From: Octopus vulgaris
Lineage: Eukaryota
Assembly: GCA_951406725.2 (NCBI GenBank)
Contig: OX597815.1
Span: 172,918,001 to 172,982,000 of the forward strand
Direction of reading: 5' to 3'
DNA length: 64,000 nt
Under the pieces are notes generated by a model. It searched no databases. It saw only the letters and a list, made by a program, of their open reading frames with translations, and was not told where the DNA came from. Positions within the stretch are counted from its first letter, which is position 1, and every line of letters begins with the position of its first letter. The translations under genes and the position numbers were made by a program. Positions 13,672 through 29,267 of the stretch are shown here, one piece after another.

Positions 13672-16600
13672 ATGTATATATATGTGTATGTGTGTCTGTG
13701 TCTGCCCTCTACCACTGCTTGACAACTGGTGTTGGTGTGTTTACATCCCCATAACTTAGCGGTTCGGCTAAAGTCACCAAGAAAATAAGTAAGAAGCTAT
13801 AAAAAAATTAGTACTGGGGTCGATTCTTTCGACTAGAATTCTTCAAGGCGGTGCCCCAGCATGGCCACAGTCTAATGACAGAAACAAGTAAAAGGTAAAA
13901 AGGTATGTGTGTGATATGTTAGTGTGTCTGTGTTTGTCCCCACCAACATCACTTGACACCCGATGCTGGTATGATTATGTCCCTTTAACTTAGCAGTTCA
14001 GCAAAAGAGACCAATAGAGTAAGTACTAGGCTTACAAAGAATAAGTCCTGGGGTCGATTTGCTCAACTAAAGGCAATACTCCAGCATGGCAGCAGTCAAA
14101 TGACTGGAACAAGTAAAAGAAAAGAAAGAAAAAATATACAATACACACACACACACATATACATACACACACATGCATATAAAAAAAATCTCCCTTGATG
14201 AATTCTGTCTCACCCATGCAAGCATGGAAATGTGGATGTTAAAATGATGATGATAACGATGATGATGAGAGCAATTTTATAAAGGATTCCCAAAGAAAAC
14301 TACATGACTTGTCATAGAAGCTATATCAATAGAAAATATAATACAAAAAATAACACACAAATCTTAAAATTAAAATACAAATATCAAATCACTTTTTAAT
14401 TGCTGCAGAAAACTTGATGTTAACAATTAGAAAATTTGAAATCCAATGGTTAACAATGAGAAACAATTATACCAGTGTTCCATTATTTTCAGTTACAAAT
14501 AAAAACAGCAATAACCACCACTGTTCAAATCATTTCAACACTGTCAGTAAGACTTTACATGTCTAGGACACCTTATCAGCGAAGTCAATGGATCAATAAA
14601 GGGCTTACAAGTAAGGTTGCCAAAGCCTGCGAGATTTCTGTTGATCTGAATGCAGTTTTAGGACTAAGGTTGGATTCTATACCATTAATGTCAAATCTGT
14701 CCTAATGTATGTTTCAGAATGCTGCTGGTGACTACTAGTAAAAGTAAAACATGAAAAGTTCAATACTTTCAACAATGGGTGCTTGAAGAAAATCTGCTGC
14801 AGCTCTGGATCAGCAAAGTGTCAAATAAGTTGCACTGTAAAATTAGTTGCAGTAGTGTGATCCTTGAAATAAAATGCTAGTCTATAGAAATTATAGTAGA
14901 GATAACTCTATATTATGGTTGCATAACAAAATACCGCATCCTTACAAGTCATTAATAAAATGCTAGTGGCTCAGATGGCTGGATTATGCATTCATAATAA
15001 GCTAGGAGAATATACCATAGATAGCATTAACATGGATACCATCAAGAAACCAAAAGCCTGGCCATCCAAAAGAACATCAGATGTACAGCCATTGAAGAGG
15101 AAGGCTGTGGGAAATGCATCATATATGGAACAATACACAGTGTTGCTAAAGACTAGGGTCAAGGGCTTCAAAAAGCTGAGGCCTAATCTTCCAGTTAGGA
15201 AGAAGATTAAGAACCAAAAACTAAAATGATTTCATTCAGAATATAAGATGGGAAAGTTGAAACAAGATATGAAGGATTGATACTACAAGAAATTGTGATT
15301 AAAAAAATTTCAGCCAGAGAATAGTCTCCAATAATGTGTTCAAAAGAAAAGGCTGCTTCCCATTCATACACACACACACACACACTGTCTGTTTGTATAT
15401 GTTCATGTGTATGTGTGCATGTGTGCGTGTATATGTGCGTGTGTGTATGTATAATCTTCAAATAATACATCAGTTTAGAGTAAATGTTATTTTAATTTGA
15501 TTGCAACAAGTTCAGAAACCTCTCTTTTTATAGAATCTCTCAAACTGAAAAATTATTAAACCCACAAAATCCAATATAAAAAAAGTGAAGCTTAACATTT
15601 TGTAAAGAAATTCAAGTTTAAAAATACTTTACTGGAATATTACTAAAGAGACATACTGTTCATTAAAACTACAAAATTGTTACACAGGCATATCAGAATC
15701 AACATACTGCTTTGTCAAACATCCAATGCAATGTCAAAATCTATAAGAACAACAGATACTGCCTTAAAAAAGTAATACAAGAATATAATTTTAATTACTA
15801 CATACTGTAGCAAAATATTCACACAAACTAATATACTGAATCTCAAATTCAGTAAAAAACATAAATACTTCAAGATATCTAAGCTTTTAGTAAACTCTCA
15901 CCATTTTTTAAAATCTATGATTGCATAAAAATGATTAAGACAAAATTTTTCCAAGACTATTATTTCACTAAAATAAAAACATGTTGACTTTACAACAATA
16001 AAAGTAATTGATCATTTAATCAAACATAATTTCCAAGATTGCTACACACCATTAGCAGGTAATATACCAGTTTACATTTCAATGACATCACCACCATACA
16101 TATTCTCTTAACTAAGAAATTGGTTAAGAAATTGTTTATACACAAGAGCACTAAATGCTTTTCCATTCCAGCATAAGACAGAGTTGATGGTTATAACCTC
16201 ACTATTTGGCATTACTTTTTTCAGTTATAGTCTAAACCAGATAGTGAACAAAGCATATTCTACTGTCAATAAACACAAATTTTATTGCCAATATATTGAT
16301 GGTGTTAAAAACTAGGAGACAATTTTGTTTGTTTGTGAAACAAGATTAACAAGACATACATTTCTAGATTTAGACGTGCAGTGTTTCTGCGATGAGATCA
16401 GAGCTACTGTTTATAGCCAAAATCAGACTTAACAACAAAAGAATATGCTTAGACAGGAAACATGGCAATTCATTTAGAATACCTTCCACATTTATAGACT
16501 TAAAAAAAAGATTTTCACTTTGTGGCACTTATGATAGTCTATCATTAAAAAATCTTTACATAAACATAGCAAACAATTATTTCAGTTACCTCACTAACAA

Positions 16601-17931
16601 AATAAATCTACTTATTTTTTAATAAGTAACATTAAAAACTACATACATATTAACAAACATATCGCAAAATTTAGTAACACATATAAGCAATAATTATAGT
16701 GTAGATGCAGTCAAAAATATACATCTTTCAAATAACAAGCATAACACCAATAAGAGAAAAGCAAAGATTTCATAAAAACACTCTTCTACAAAAACTAATT
16801 CTCCTAATCTTACTGAATTGATAAGTAAATTTCACATTTTGAAAAATAGCATATCTACAATATCTATCTCCAAAGGCTGTCATAAGTTATATGCAGCCAA
16901 TAGACTAATCATTTCCTTTCTTTTAAAGATGTTAGGCTGTAAAAATTTTGACAAAAATGCATTAGTCATAAACCTGTTCTACATAAATTCATTCAATTTA
17001 AATCCCTTCTCTCAAATTTCACAATAATTAGTATTAGCTCATATTCAATCTGAACTTCCAACCATTTTTTTAAAACTTTGGAACCCTTTAGTGCCAGTTT
17101 TACTCAAGTGGACTCTCATAGCCATTTGATGTTTAAAAAATCCTATTACATTTTTTTAATCAAGTATTATTAGGAATTGTATAAAAAAATGTCCAAGTAT
17201 TTTGTGTCGTATAGAAGTATAACCAATTTATGGGATGTAAACTTTTACAACAAAATCTTATACAGACTCCCAAGAGTCATATGGACTCTAGTTGAGAACC
17301 ATTGTTCTAGACTTTGCAAGATATTTCCTCCGAGAATTACATTACTTTTAGAACTCTTTTTATGTGCTCATTTCAACTCCAATCTTTAAAAATTCCAGCT
17401 TAGTGTTAACTACATTGGTTTATAGTTAACTCTATACTCTAGTTTACAGAGGGTTTTAAGAAAAGCTAGAGTCATTCACCATTTCCTCCTACTTATATTA
17501 ATGAATTAAATCAAATTAATTTGATCATGAGAGCCAGTATTTTTGCTTGAATTCTGCTATTAAAATTTCAACAAAGAATGAAAAGCAAAATATGTGAGAC
17601 TCCTACTTGAAATAACCAAGTTTGATATAATGGTTTCAAATTTTGGCACAAGGCTAGAAATTTTGGGTGATAGAAAAAGTTGTTTACATCAACTCCAATG
17701 CTCAACTGGTACTTATTTTAGTGACTTCAAAAAGGTTGAAAAACAAAGTCAATCTCAGCAGAATTTGAGCTCAGAATGCAAAGGGAGAGAAAATGCCACT
17801 AAGCACTTAGTCCAATGTGCTAACAATTCTGCCAGCTCACCACCTTATCAAGTTTAATATATTAGCTATATTTCCTTCATACATAAACTGAATAATTTTC
17901 ACAGGCAGTATCCATATTACTCATCAAACTA

Positions 17932-18847
17932 CAAGGTGGTATCAAAAAGTTGCTGGACCAGTGTAGCACACCAACAAATGTAAGTACATGGTTGCATTTG
18001 CAGTGAAAGCTAGCAGTGACCTTCATGAAGCAGTGTGCTGAGTGACATCACTGTGTTTACTTTGCAAGTTGTGAAATTTGTGCTTTTTGTGATCACATGT
18101 ATGCTGTAGTCTGCGATTTTGTCCCGGACAAACAAAGAGCCAACATGAAATTTTGCATTAAACTTAGGAAGTCTGCTACAGAGACATTAAGCATGCTTTG
18201 GCAAGCATACAGCCACCAGACAATGGGTCATACACAATGTTTCAAGTGGCATAGGCACTTCAAAAACAGAAGAATGTTCCTGAAGACGATGAACGATCTG
18301 GAAGACCTGCTATGAATGTCACCCCCAGAAATGTGGTGTTGTACATCAAGAATTTGTTCCCCAGGGCCAGACTGTCAATCGAGAGTTCTACTGCAATGTT
18401 TTGAAGCATTTGAAGGAGGACATTTGGCAAAAGCAACCAGATCTGTGGAGCACGAAGAATTGGATTCTTCACAATGACAATGCACCCTGTCACCAAGCTC
18501 TCCTCATTCAGGGGTTTCTCACCAAAAACAGCATGGTATCACTTCTGCGCCCACCCTATTCACCACATTTAGCACCTGCGGATTTCCATCTCTTCCCCAA
18601 GATAAAAATGCAGCTCATAGGTCACCATTTTAATACCAATGTCGAGATCCAGAGAGAATTGCAGAAGGTCCTCGACTCGCTTACAGAAAATGACTTCCAG
18701 ACCAGATTCCAAAAGTGGCAGGAAAGCTGGGACCAGTGTATTGCTGCACAAGGGAACTATTTCAAAGGAGATGATGTTAAAACTAAGGTAAATAAGTTAT
18801 TTTTTTATTAAACATAACTAGTTCAGGAATCTTTTGATACCACCTCA
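17932..18847 (+). mobile_element. Mariner (DD34D) transposon, internally deleted
   Basis: TIRs caaggtggtatcaaaaagttgctggaccag / ctagttcaggaatcttttgataccacctca with TA on both sides; HTH QRANMKFCIKL; LHNDNAPCH and YSPHLAPADFHLF motifs. Confidence 0.92.
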
Positions 18848-20830
18848 TACAGTGAGGTGAATGTTTCCACAGCACAAAAGGGCTCCAGCGACCAGCGTTA
18901 GTTCCAGTTTCATACCATGAAGCTGGATAGTCTACCAGTCTATAAAATTTCCACATGATCCTGAACCTATTCTTGACAGCTTTGTGAACTCAACAATCTA
19001 CCAACAGAAGATTTGAGATTAATAGCTTACCAACTAGCTATTTCCCCTCAACTAAACTGCAGAGGATAGAAGCCAGCCACATACCTTTCTAGCTTTTTAG
19101 GTGACAAAAATTACAAATGTAGAACTATAGCATACATAGGCATATCAAGACAGTTTGGATACAGGTATGTATGTATATTGTATATATATTTATAGATATG
19201 TATGTGTGCATGTGTGTTAATGCTTACATACTTCACTTCACATGAAAAGCATCAAGTTAAATAATGATGAAGTTTGTTAACATTCCTTGTCAACAAATTG
19301 TTCACTAACTGCACCTTCAAAGACATGTGGAAAAATTTCCCTGCCTTGAAAATCAGATATAGATTAGCAACAGTAAAGGTACCTGGCTGTAAAGCCAATG
19401 CCTCAATATATATGCATTCATCTCACCCATAGCAGCATGGAAAAGTTGGACATAAAAACAAACACAAATGATAATTTATCTGAACTCTCTCTCACAGTTA
19501 GTATCACGATGCATTCACATCCCTGAATGCACACAAAAAAAACTTTGCCAGTCTCTCCACTAAAAATCCCTCCTACAGCTTCAAAGCAACAAGGCTGCTA
19601 ACAATATTCCTTCTATTACAGTCAAATATTGTGCTCAGAGCTTACCCCTATTCTCTCAATAGTAGTAGTCTTTGGAAACTTTCCAGAGAGTGACCCATCA
19701 ATCCTCAAGAATCTTTCTTCCACCAGGACAGCTTCTGTAAAGCCAGATTAACTATGAACCTTTCTAGAAGTTTCTCACTTTTCAATGGCAATAAACATGA
19801 CATAAGAAAAGCATTTTACTATGTTTGGAACAGGAAACAACTAGCTAAGAAACCCTTTGACTTTATCCATTTCTCATCAAGCATAGTGCTATCACTCAAA
19901 CCCAATTGATATACCTGTTTCTCCTCTTCTCATCACAGTTACAGTCTAGGGGCCTTAGTGATCCCTATGACCAATCCTAACTTGCCAGAAAGTCAACAGT
20001 GTAATTTCCTTCATCAAATAACTGCATCTTAAAACATGAAGAAAAACTATCTTCTGTGCAAGCACACAAATGGGTAAAAAGTAGTCTTTAAAAAAATCAG
20101 TAATTGGTAGCAAAAGTAAAAGAAAGATGAAAGAACAGATATATAATGAGAAAGCTAGTTGGGGGAAACTTTTAAATGATCACTTAAGAGAATAAGACAG
20201 CTAGCAATGATTATCAATCAATGATCAGAAGGCCAATTATCACAGCTCCGAATCAATGCTTGCCAAGCATAAATTGCGGAAAAAATAACTTTTGGAAATT
20301 GGCGTTGAATGAAAGTGTATGATCACCAAGCCAGGAAAATATGCTCAAGCATTACTTAACTGATACTTTTTAAAATTGGTTAAAATCTGGTGAAAATGCT
20401 AAGGAAAAAGAAATGAGCAACTCAACTAAATATAACACTCTTTTTCCATACAAAAATAAGAAAAAAGAAAATCTTTGAAACAAGGAGCTGGAAGTAAATA
20501 AAATGGGAGTTGTGAAAACGAAAGCTGGCCAAATTATGGTAGCTTCACAAGGGTAGATAGATGGCGATATTTTTATCAACCACAAACAAATTATAGACTA
20601 GTACAATTTATAAGCTATATTCTTCAAATAATATTCACAATAAAAAATACAACACTTAACAGCAATATAAAACTAAGAGTAAAAAAGGACACGTTACGAG
20701 GATCTGTAATGAAAAATTTGACAGAGTGGAGGGAAAGATATTTATAAGAGTAACATAATGAAAATCCTTTTCAAATTGCGAAAAGTTTATATACTATCAA
20801 GTTTACATTCATGGAAGAATGGTGTATCTA

Positions 20831-21280
20831 CACAAGTGCCCCCATTCACACACCACCTCGACTTTGTTTCCTCATAACTTTCAGAAAAATGGATGTTTTT
20901 AAATGAAATTTTCTGGATACCTTTCAGACGATGAAGATTACGATTTATTGAAAATTCAATGTACAGTTATATATATATTGATTGCCATATATACTGGGTA
21001 AGTGCGCACATATATACACTGACACATCACACTAATATCTACAAAATGAAATTTTAAATTTTGAAAACAGTGATGTGTATCAGAATGTGCGCGCCTACCA
21101 GATTTTTTTTTTTTTTTTTTTTTGGCTTTTGTTTCCTCCTTCCCACCGCACATTAAATTCCAATATAATCATAATCTACATCATCTGAAAGGTATTTGTA
21201 GAAAATTTCATTCAAAAAAATATCTGGTTTTTTTTCGAGAGTTATGAGGAAACAAAGTTGAGGAGTAAGCCACACATGTG
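20831..21280. mobile_element. MITE with ~110-bp imperfect TIRs
   Basis: ctcgactttgtttcctcataac...cctttcagacgatg pairs with catcatctgaaagg...gttatgaggaaacaaagttgag; TA flanks. Confidence 0.7.
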
Positions 21281-22257
21281 TAGGTATGCCAAATAGAGTA
21301 GGTAGTCCAAGTAAATGACAATATTAAACTTTTCCATAGGTATATAATATTGACAAGCTTCAGAATAAGGAAATGTGATGAAATAATGTTACCACAAATC
21401 ATTCATAACTCTACAAGCTCATGTTATCAAATAAGCCAACATGATGAAACAAAAACAAAAATTGGTTGTAATTTTCATCAGTTGCACTAATTAGGCGTGT
21501 GGACAATCTATTCTGAGTTATTCAGAGGGGAAATTTAGAATAAGAAATGGAGATAAGAATTATAGGGTTAGATAAGTAAAATATTCCCTTTCCTTTTGGT
21601 TCATCTCAGAACTATAATTTTGATTTACAAACATTATAAAACATTGGTGACTACATTCTATATTAAATAAGATTACAAACTTACAGTATATCAATACAAA
21701 TAATATATACACGTATTAATACAATTAGATATCTACGTAGTCTTTATTCCTTAATCACATACTATGCGGGGAAAGGGTTTGCAGGGTACTAGAACATAAA
21801 TCAGAAAATGTTATTGGATGAAACGTTTTACTTTTGTAAATCAACACAGAAAAAAATGCCATTCTCATTATATATGTAAAAAAAACAATATATACTGCTT
21901 AATTAAAAAATGTAAAAAAAAATCTTTAAAAATTTGCAAATCAACTTTACACAATTCATGCAATTTTTTTCTTTTTTTTTTCTTTTTATTTTCTTTTTTT
22001 CTTTTTTTATCCATTTAATCATAGTTAATTCTAAACCATATGTCAAAGCTACTGTGAGATATTGAGTTAATATTCGTTATGACTTTACATATGTACGTGC
22101 GTATATTCATGCGTATTTGTCTTATTATTATTGTTGCATTTAGCTGTGCACGTATGTGTTTGCGTGTGAATGCGCGCGCATCTGTGACTACGGCAACAGA
22201 GAGATACACAATCGCCATCTTTTCCTGATTTGTTAGTGAACCAAAACATGAACTTAC

Positions 22258-22341
22258 CTGTCGGATAAAACTGTTCGAACTGTCGGAAAAACTGCCATCA
22301 GAACGCTTAAACTTCCCTCCTTTACGCTTTGATCCTTTTCC
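22258..22341 (-). CDS. CACNB: Voltage-gated calcium channel beta subunit, conserved N-terminal exon (GKGSKRKGGKFKRSDGSFSDSSNSFIRQ)
   Basis: 84-nt phase-0 exon with acceptor ttttaatag| and donor CAG|gtaagt. The peptide closely matches vertebrate Cav-beta1 [29 protein letters not shown], which precedes the GSAESYTS exon. Too short for the ORF track. Confidence 0.93.
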
Positions 22342-22429
22342 CTATTAAAAGGAAAGAAATGTATTAATGTATATGTTATCTCAGCAATGAGCAGAGTTTC
22401 AGCTTCTTTTAACTTTCATTCATGCTCAC

Positions 22430-22489
22430 CTGTTGTACATCACACACCATTTTGGTTATATTGTTTAACAGAATTGCTTTAATAAACAT
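22430..22489 (-). CDS. CACNB: Candidate proximal alternative first exon of CACNB (MFIKAILLNNITKMVCDVQQ, or MVCDVQQ from ATG 22450)
   Basis: Strong phase-0 donor CAG|gtgagc at 22429 and an 88-nt intron to the 22341 acceptor. In-frame ATGs at 22489 and 22450, with an upstream in-frame stop. Confidence 0.5.
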
Positions 22490-23554
22490 TAATATAATGG
22501 AACTCAATAGTTTTTTGTTTTCTTTTAACTCTTAAAGAAGACTAGTTGACTAATATTGATTAGGTATTACTGTTCAGTATTAATATTGCTAGCTATATCT
22601 AATGTGGCATCACCTCGCGAATCTTAACGAAGGAATACGAGAAAATATGGCGTTCATGCAACTCCTGATGACATTAAAGAATTTCTAACATAGTTACAAG
22701 ACTATATAGTTAGAATGAGAAGATGTAAATTATTTATTCGCTTCCATTTTGGTATTTATTCTATAAACTCCAAATGGAGAGCTGCAAAGTCAAATCTAGC
22801 GGGATTTGAACTCAAAATGTTGAAATTATAATAACTAAACACCACACCGCTTTTACTCTAGCACTTGACGAACTTCAATGTCATGATTGCTAACAAATGT
22901 TACCCAGACCAGAAAAATGGAAAATAGACATAATCGATTAAATCGACCTCACTACTTGTCTTTCAAAAGATGAAAGGCATGGTTAGGATTCGAACCCGGG
23001 TGTAATCGGGTATATAACTAAATGCCACAAGGCGTTTTTGTTTGGCAATCTAGTTAATAATAGCAATTTAAGGTACAATTTATTTCAAAGATGCTTTTGC
23101 CTTGGAATTAACTACAGTGGAATTCATTTATCATAATCACAGATAATGTTGTTAACGCCCTTTTGTTATCAAATGTAGCGGGTCCCAAACTTAAGATTAT
23201 CAGCTGATTATTGTTATCGACGAGACATCGTCCCCAAACTATCAGTCTGCTCTTTTACCGTATTTGTTAACTAGATATAGTTGTATAAATAAAACTAAGC
23301 AATAACGTTGGTTCACCAAATAAGGAAAGAACAATACAAGCTATAGAGTATATATTGCCTGAAAAGTATTAGCAGATGAGATTTTAAAACTTTGCATAAA
23401 TCCTTTATTTCCACCTTCAAAAGTTATGTATGCACACACATACACACGTGTGTTTTGGGTGCAAAAATGCTAAGTAGTCTTTGTGCATCAATTTAAAAAT
23501 GTATAATCTGTTAGACTTGCGTATCCAAAGAAAACCTTTATAATTTAGAGGTTT

Positions 23555-23789
23555 CAGTGATTCTCAACCATTTTTTTTTTTTTCCAATGGACCCCTTTGA
23601 ATCGTATCTTACGCTACTGGATCCCCACAGACATTCGATGCTTTAAAAAGCCACATATTTTTATAATTAAATATTAGGAACTGTATAAAAAAAATTGTTC
23701 AAATATTGTGTATTTTAGAGGTGTTACTGATTTACTGCACATAAATTTTAATAGCAAAATCTTATGTGGACCCCAGTTGAGGACCCCTG
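23555..23789. mobile_element. hAT (Charlie-like) MITE
   Basis: TIRs cagtgattctcaac / gttgaggacccctg; related copy at ~17050-17305. Confidence 0.65.
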
Positions 23790-23824
23790 CTTTAGATTTA
23801 AGAAAACAATGTTTTACAAACAAT

Positions 23825-23913
<89 letters not shown>
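23825..23913. repeat. (GATA)n tetranucleotide microsatellite
   Basis: Direct inspection; a similar tract lies at 63703-63765. Confidence 0.95.
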
Positions 23914-24497
23914 TAGTGTGTATCAAGACAAACGTTCATAATCTGGAAAGCCAGTTTGCTAAAGTGAGATTAAGAAACATAACTTCCATAACTGGTATCA
24001 GAAAATTTAAATGAAAAATGGTTTATATCTAAATTTTCTAAGTATATAGTTTACTTAAAAAGGACACAAGGCTACAAATATGTATGTGAGCGATATAGTT
24101 GATTGAATCGATGTTTGTAAATGGCTGGTAGTTATTCTACAGACCACCACCCCCAAAGATGAATTGCTAAGTTGGCAACGACAATACTTGAAGAATTGAA
24201 GTGTTGAAAAAGTACCCCTACAATTTCTGCTATTCCACCGCCTAAGTTACAAAAGAGATTCTAATATACACACATAAATACATAGACACACACGCACGCA
24301 CGCTCATACACACATATATACATAGGCGAGGGTAAAGAATACGCACACCACCCGTATTCAGCGTTTCGGGTGAGGGTTACTCCGAAAACGGGTGGTGTGC
24401 GTATTCTTTACCACCACCCGTGTAAATATATATATATGTGTGTATATGTATATATACATATATATATATATGTACATACATATATATATATACATAC

Positions 24498-24576
<79 letters not shown>

Positions 24577-24577
24577 C

Positions 24578-24624
<47 letters not shown>

Positions 24625-24667
24625 CATATATATATATATACATACATATATATATATATATACATAC

Positions 24668-24798
<131 letters not shown>

Positions 24799-25187
24799 TC
24801 TACACATAGATACATATACACATACACGCACGCATACTCACACATAAATCTGCACGCAAACCAATAAAGAGGAATTAATGTTTAAAATCTGTTGCTGATA
24901 AAAAAAAAATCTTATAGAATCAACGACATAATAATCTCACGAGATGAGAATTTTAATTTATAATCAAGAATTTATACTGAAGAAAAAAAAATTGCGACAT
25001 ATTCTTTGCGCAGACGTTGAGAAAATGTCACCTAAAAGTGTAATCGTTTGACAGAGAAGCCGCACACATCTGTCACTGCTTCTAAAGCTTGTGTTTGACA
25101 TTGCGATTCTGTTCAAAAGCAAATTATTAACGCACGCGCATATATATATCTATAAATGTTTCCGTGCGTGTCTGTATAAACTTCTCT

Positions 25188-25276
<89 letters not shown>

Positions 25277-25382
25277 TTCTCTCTTTCTATCTCTATCTAT
25301 CTATCTATCCATATATCTACCTAGCTACCAACCTATCTACCTACCTTATCGCTCACCCCATTCTTTCCATCCCCCTTCTCTT

Positions 25383-25435
<53 letters not shown>

Positions 25436-25438
<3 letters not shown>

Positions 25439-25567
25439 TAAGCACATAAATGTGAAACAAGGTGGAATAAAAAGAGTACTCAAATACCAGAGGTAGAGTA
25501 ATATGCTTTATTTAAAAGCAGCAGAAAACAAAAGCTGTTACTCAGAGTTTCACGTTCCCCTTCACCT

Positions 25568-25570
<3 letters not shown>
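25436..25570 (-). mobile_element. Penelope-like pLTR fragment with the 3' half of a hammerhead
   Basis: GGGAACGT-GAAA-CTCTGAG-TA-ACAGC followed by an AATAAA-containing tail, inside (TA)n. Confidence 0.45.
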
Positions 25571-25624
<54 letters not shown>

Positions 25625-27185
25625 ATCTTTTCCTTTATATAAGATTGTAAATAAAACGTGAAAATCAGACGAAGTAGGAATCTCTTTGAGTAATATATAT
25701 TTACCTACCTATCTACTTATCTATCTATTTATCTACCTATCTACCTACCTTATCTCTCTCCCTATTCTTTCCATTTCTCTTTCTCTCTCTCTCTCTCCCT
25801 CTCTATCTCTCTCTTTCATACACACATACAAACGGAAGGGAAGGAGAGAAATTTTGCATCTATCCACACACACGTACGATTTTTTTTTTTTTTTTCAAAA
25901 AAATATCAGTCACACGTATATGTGATGGAGTGGGAGAAAGGATGGATGACACTAATAAGACACCGTTTGTCAAGGCTGACTGGTGTGCCAATAAGAACTC
26001 ACAATAGAAAAGACACCTGTCTTCTGGAAATATGAACTAATTAGAAATGAACCCGGTTAATCAATAAAAATAACTTTGAATTATTTTTGATAACAATGTT
26101 GATTGTATGACAAGGAAATATACGCGTATATGGTTGTCGCCTTCATAAATGCTAATGTGACTAGCGATGCTATTCCAAAAGGGAATCGAAACCAGGTCGT
26201 AAATTCTATAAAGTCGGTAATAAAATTCGCAATATCATCAACACATGCTACAACAACAGCGATTTCTTCTGAGAAATTACAACGCGAATTTTGAAAGTGG
26301 AGGAGGGAATATAATCTATTAAATAGTCCTAATATCGATCCTCAGAAGAAATAATAGGGAAAATTTGAACCGTGCGAAATTCGAACTCGGGACTGCAAGG
26401 TGCTGAAGTCATACCGAAATTACTTTCTTAATTCAGCAACAAGCTAATTTCTGGGAATTTATTTATTTATTTTATCTTAGTTTAGCGAAAAGAGGAACGT
26501 TTTGTCTGAAAAAAGTACATTGCTTATTACCGGATGAAAATTAGCATAGAACGGCAATAGAATATATATATATATATTTATATATATATATATGCACACA
26601 CACAACATATATTATACACAAATATAAAATGCAAAATGGACACAGAGTGCGATTTCCTTATTGGAATAAAATGCTATACAACTGTCATCTTCTCTTACTA
26701 TTCCTTCACTTTTAGCACTACCACTTTAATCGTTTTAGAAATGTTGACTTTACCCATCAGTTCTTAATTTATAAACAGGAGTTCTTAAATTATAAGGAGA
26801 TATAAAGAAGGAAACGGGGAAATAAATACTTTTGGAATTTCAAAAGGAGAAAAAAATACATTTAGATATGAAGAAATAAGAAGTGACTGAGGAGAAAATA
26901 ATATATTTAGCAAGCAACAAGCTCTCTCATCCTAGACTAAGTAGTGGAGAGAGCCTGTTGTTTCAGTAATTCTCTTATTATTTGCTAATTCTCTGGAGTT
27001 GCGTCTGGAGATCAGCAACGAAAGGGTATTTGCGTAGGTATGGAAACGACTCGCTCCCCCATCTCTCTCTGTACATCTCATTCACTCCGTCTATCTATCA
27101 GATTGCAAGATTCAATATGCACACACGCAATATACATACATAGTCTCTCCTCTCGCTCTCTCATTCTCTCTCTCTCTCACTCACA

Positions 27186-27224
<39 letters not shown>

Positions 27225-27760
27225 TCGTGCTGAGATTACGAGTTGCTGCTCCAAGTGACGCGATTTTTCGCTGATCACGAAACAATTTGTGTAATCAGCG
27301 AATAATCGTTAAACTCGGAGTAGCAACATAGAAATATCAGTGCTATATATAATTAAATTCTACTTCAATATTTGAGTGTCTTTTCCTCTTGTTTGTGAAT
27401 TCAATGATGCGTGCGTGTAAGTCCGTACAAACTCAAACATGCGCATGTACGTAATATATATATATATATGCATGTACGTGTATAATGCACATACACCTGT
27501 TTCTTTCTATACAGCTGTGTATGATATACTGTAGATTGTACGTACATTCGTATATTGATAAGTATCTTTGAACATTTGTGTGGAAAAGCCTTGTCAAGAT
27601 GTTTGATCCAAGACTACAACTGCTAAAATTTTAGATCGCTAATATTTCTTTTACACCTTGCTTTTTCTTTCGCATCTTGCCTTACATATTACATACTCAC
27701 GTTTATGAGCTATCCACCCACACACTTAACACACATGTAGGTAAATATCTATCTACCAAT

Positions 27761-27791
<31 letters not shown>

Positions 27792-28988
27792 ATATTATAT
27801 TTATTATTATATATATATATATATACAACATACATACACATTTTATATATATGTATGTATAACACAAACACATCTTTATGCAAGTGTGTTTATATTCACA
27901 CATAAGAATGCGTGTGTCTGTGCTTGTGTGCAAGTGCGTGTGTATGTGTGATTGGCTTGGCTATAGTATCGCAACGACATAGTGCGAAGAGGCGGAAAAC
28001 TATGGAAATGATGACAAAAATTAAAGATTAAGAGAAAATAATTGGTTTAATATGTATATACACACACACACACAAAGAGACGCATATGCATGCATACACT
28101 AAGTTGCGAAAATATAAAAAGTTGTCACCAGTTTTAGGGGCAAGATATGTAATTAACTAGAATTGGTTTTAATCAGTGGTTATCTGTAAATCTAATGCTT
28201 TTCTTATTTCCTGTACATCTTTCATTTGATTCTGTGCTGCCGAACCAAAGAAATAAGATATTGTTCAAAGTACCATCATTTCAAAACCAATTAGATGGAG
28301 TACTTTAACTCGTAGAAAGAGGTGACAGAGATATTGAAACTACACACACACATCGCCATATATATGTGTGTGTGTGTATATTCTTGTGTTCTTTTACTTG
28401 TTTCAGTCATTTGACTGCGGCCATATATACATACATACATAGATACACACACACACACACACATACACACATACACACATACATACATACATACATACAT
28501 ACATACATACATACATACATACATACATACATACATACATACGTACGTACGTAAGTACATATAAATGCATGTGTGTAAACACACGCGTACAGGAAGAGAG
28601 AAATAAGGTGAAAGACTGAAGGAAGAGATAGACAGAGAGAGAGAGAGAGTGAGAGAGAAAGAAATCATAGAGGGAGCGATTCTTATAAACACGCACTCAG
28701 AAATAAAGTGAGAGAATGTGCGCGTGCTTTTTTTTTTACGCTATGAGCGATAGAATTAGAGATCAATTCTTTGACAAATATGAATACTAAGTTTTAAATA
28801 CACAAGCGCTTTGAGGTTTTTTTCAAGAAAGATACAGGGGAATAAACAAAACTTAGTGGATGACTTTCAGATTTAAAAGAAATAAAAAAGGAAGGACAAT
28901 TATTATTTTTTTTAATATTAAATGACAAATATTTAAAATATAGCCATCTGTTGACAGACAATTTAAACAAAAATGAAAATAGTAGTAG

Positions 28989-29051
<63 letters not shown>

Positions 29052-29132
29052 TAATAATAAAATGCGTACAAAATAAAAAATGAAACAACGGATCCAGTAT
29101 GTATATCCATATATATATATACATATACATAT

Positions 29133-29206
<74 letters not shown>

Positions 29207-29235
29207 ATATATATGTATATATATATATATGTATA

Positions 29236-29267
<32 letters not shown>

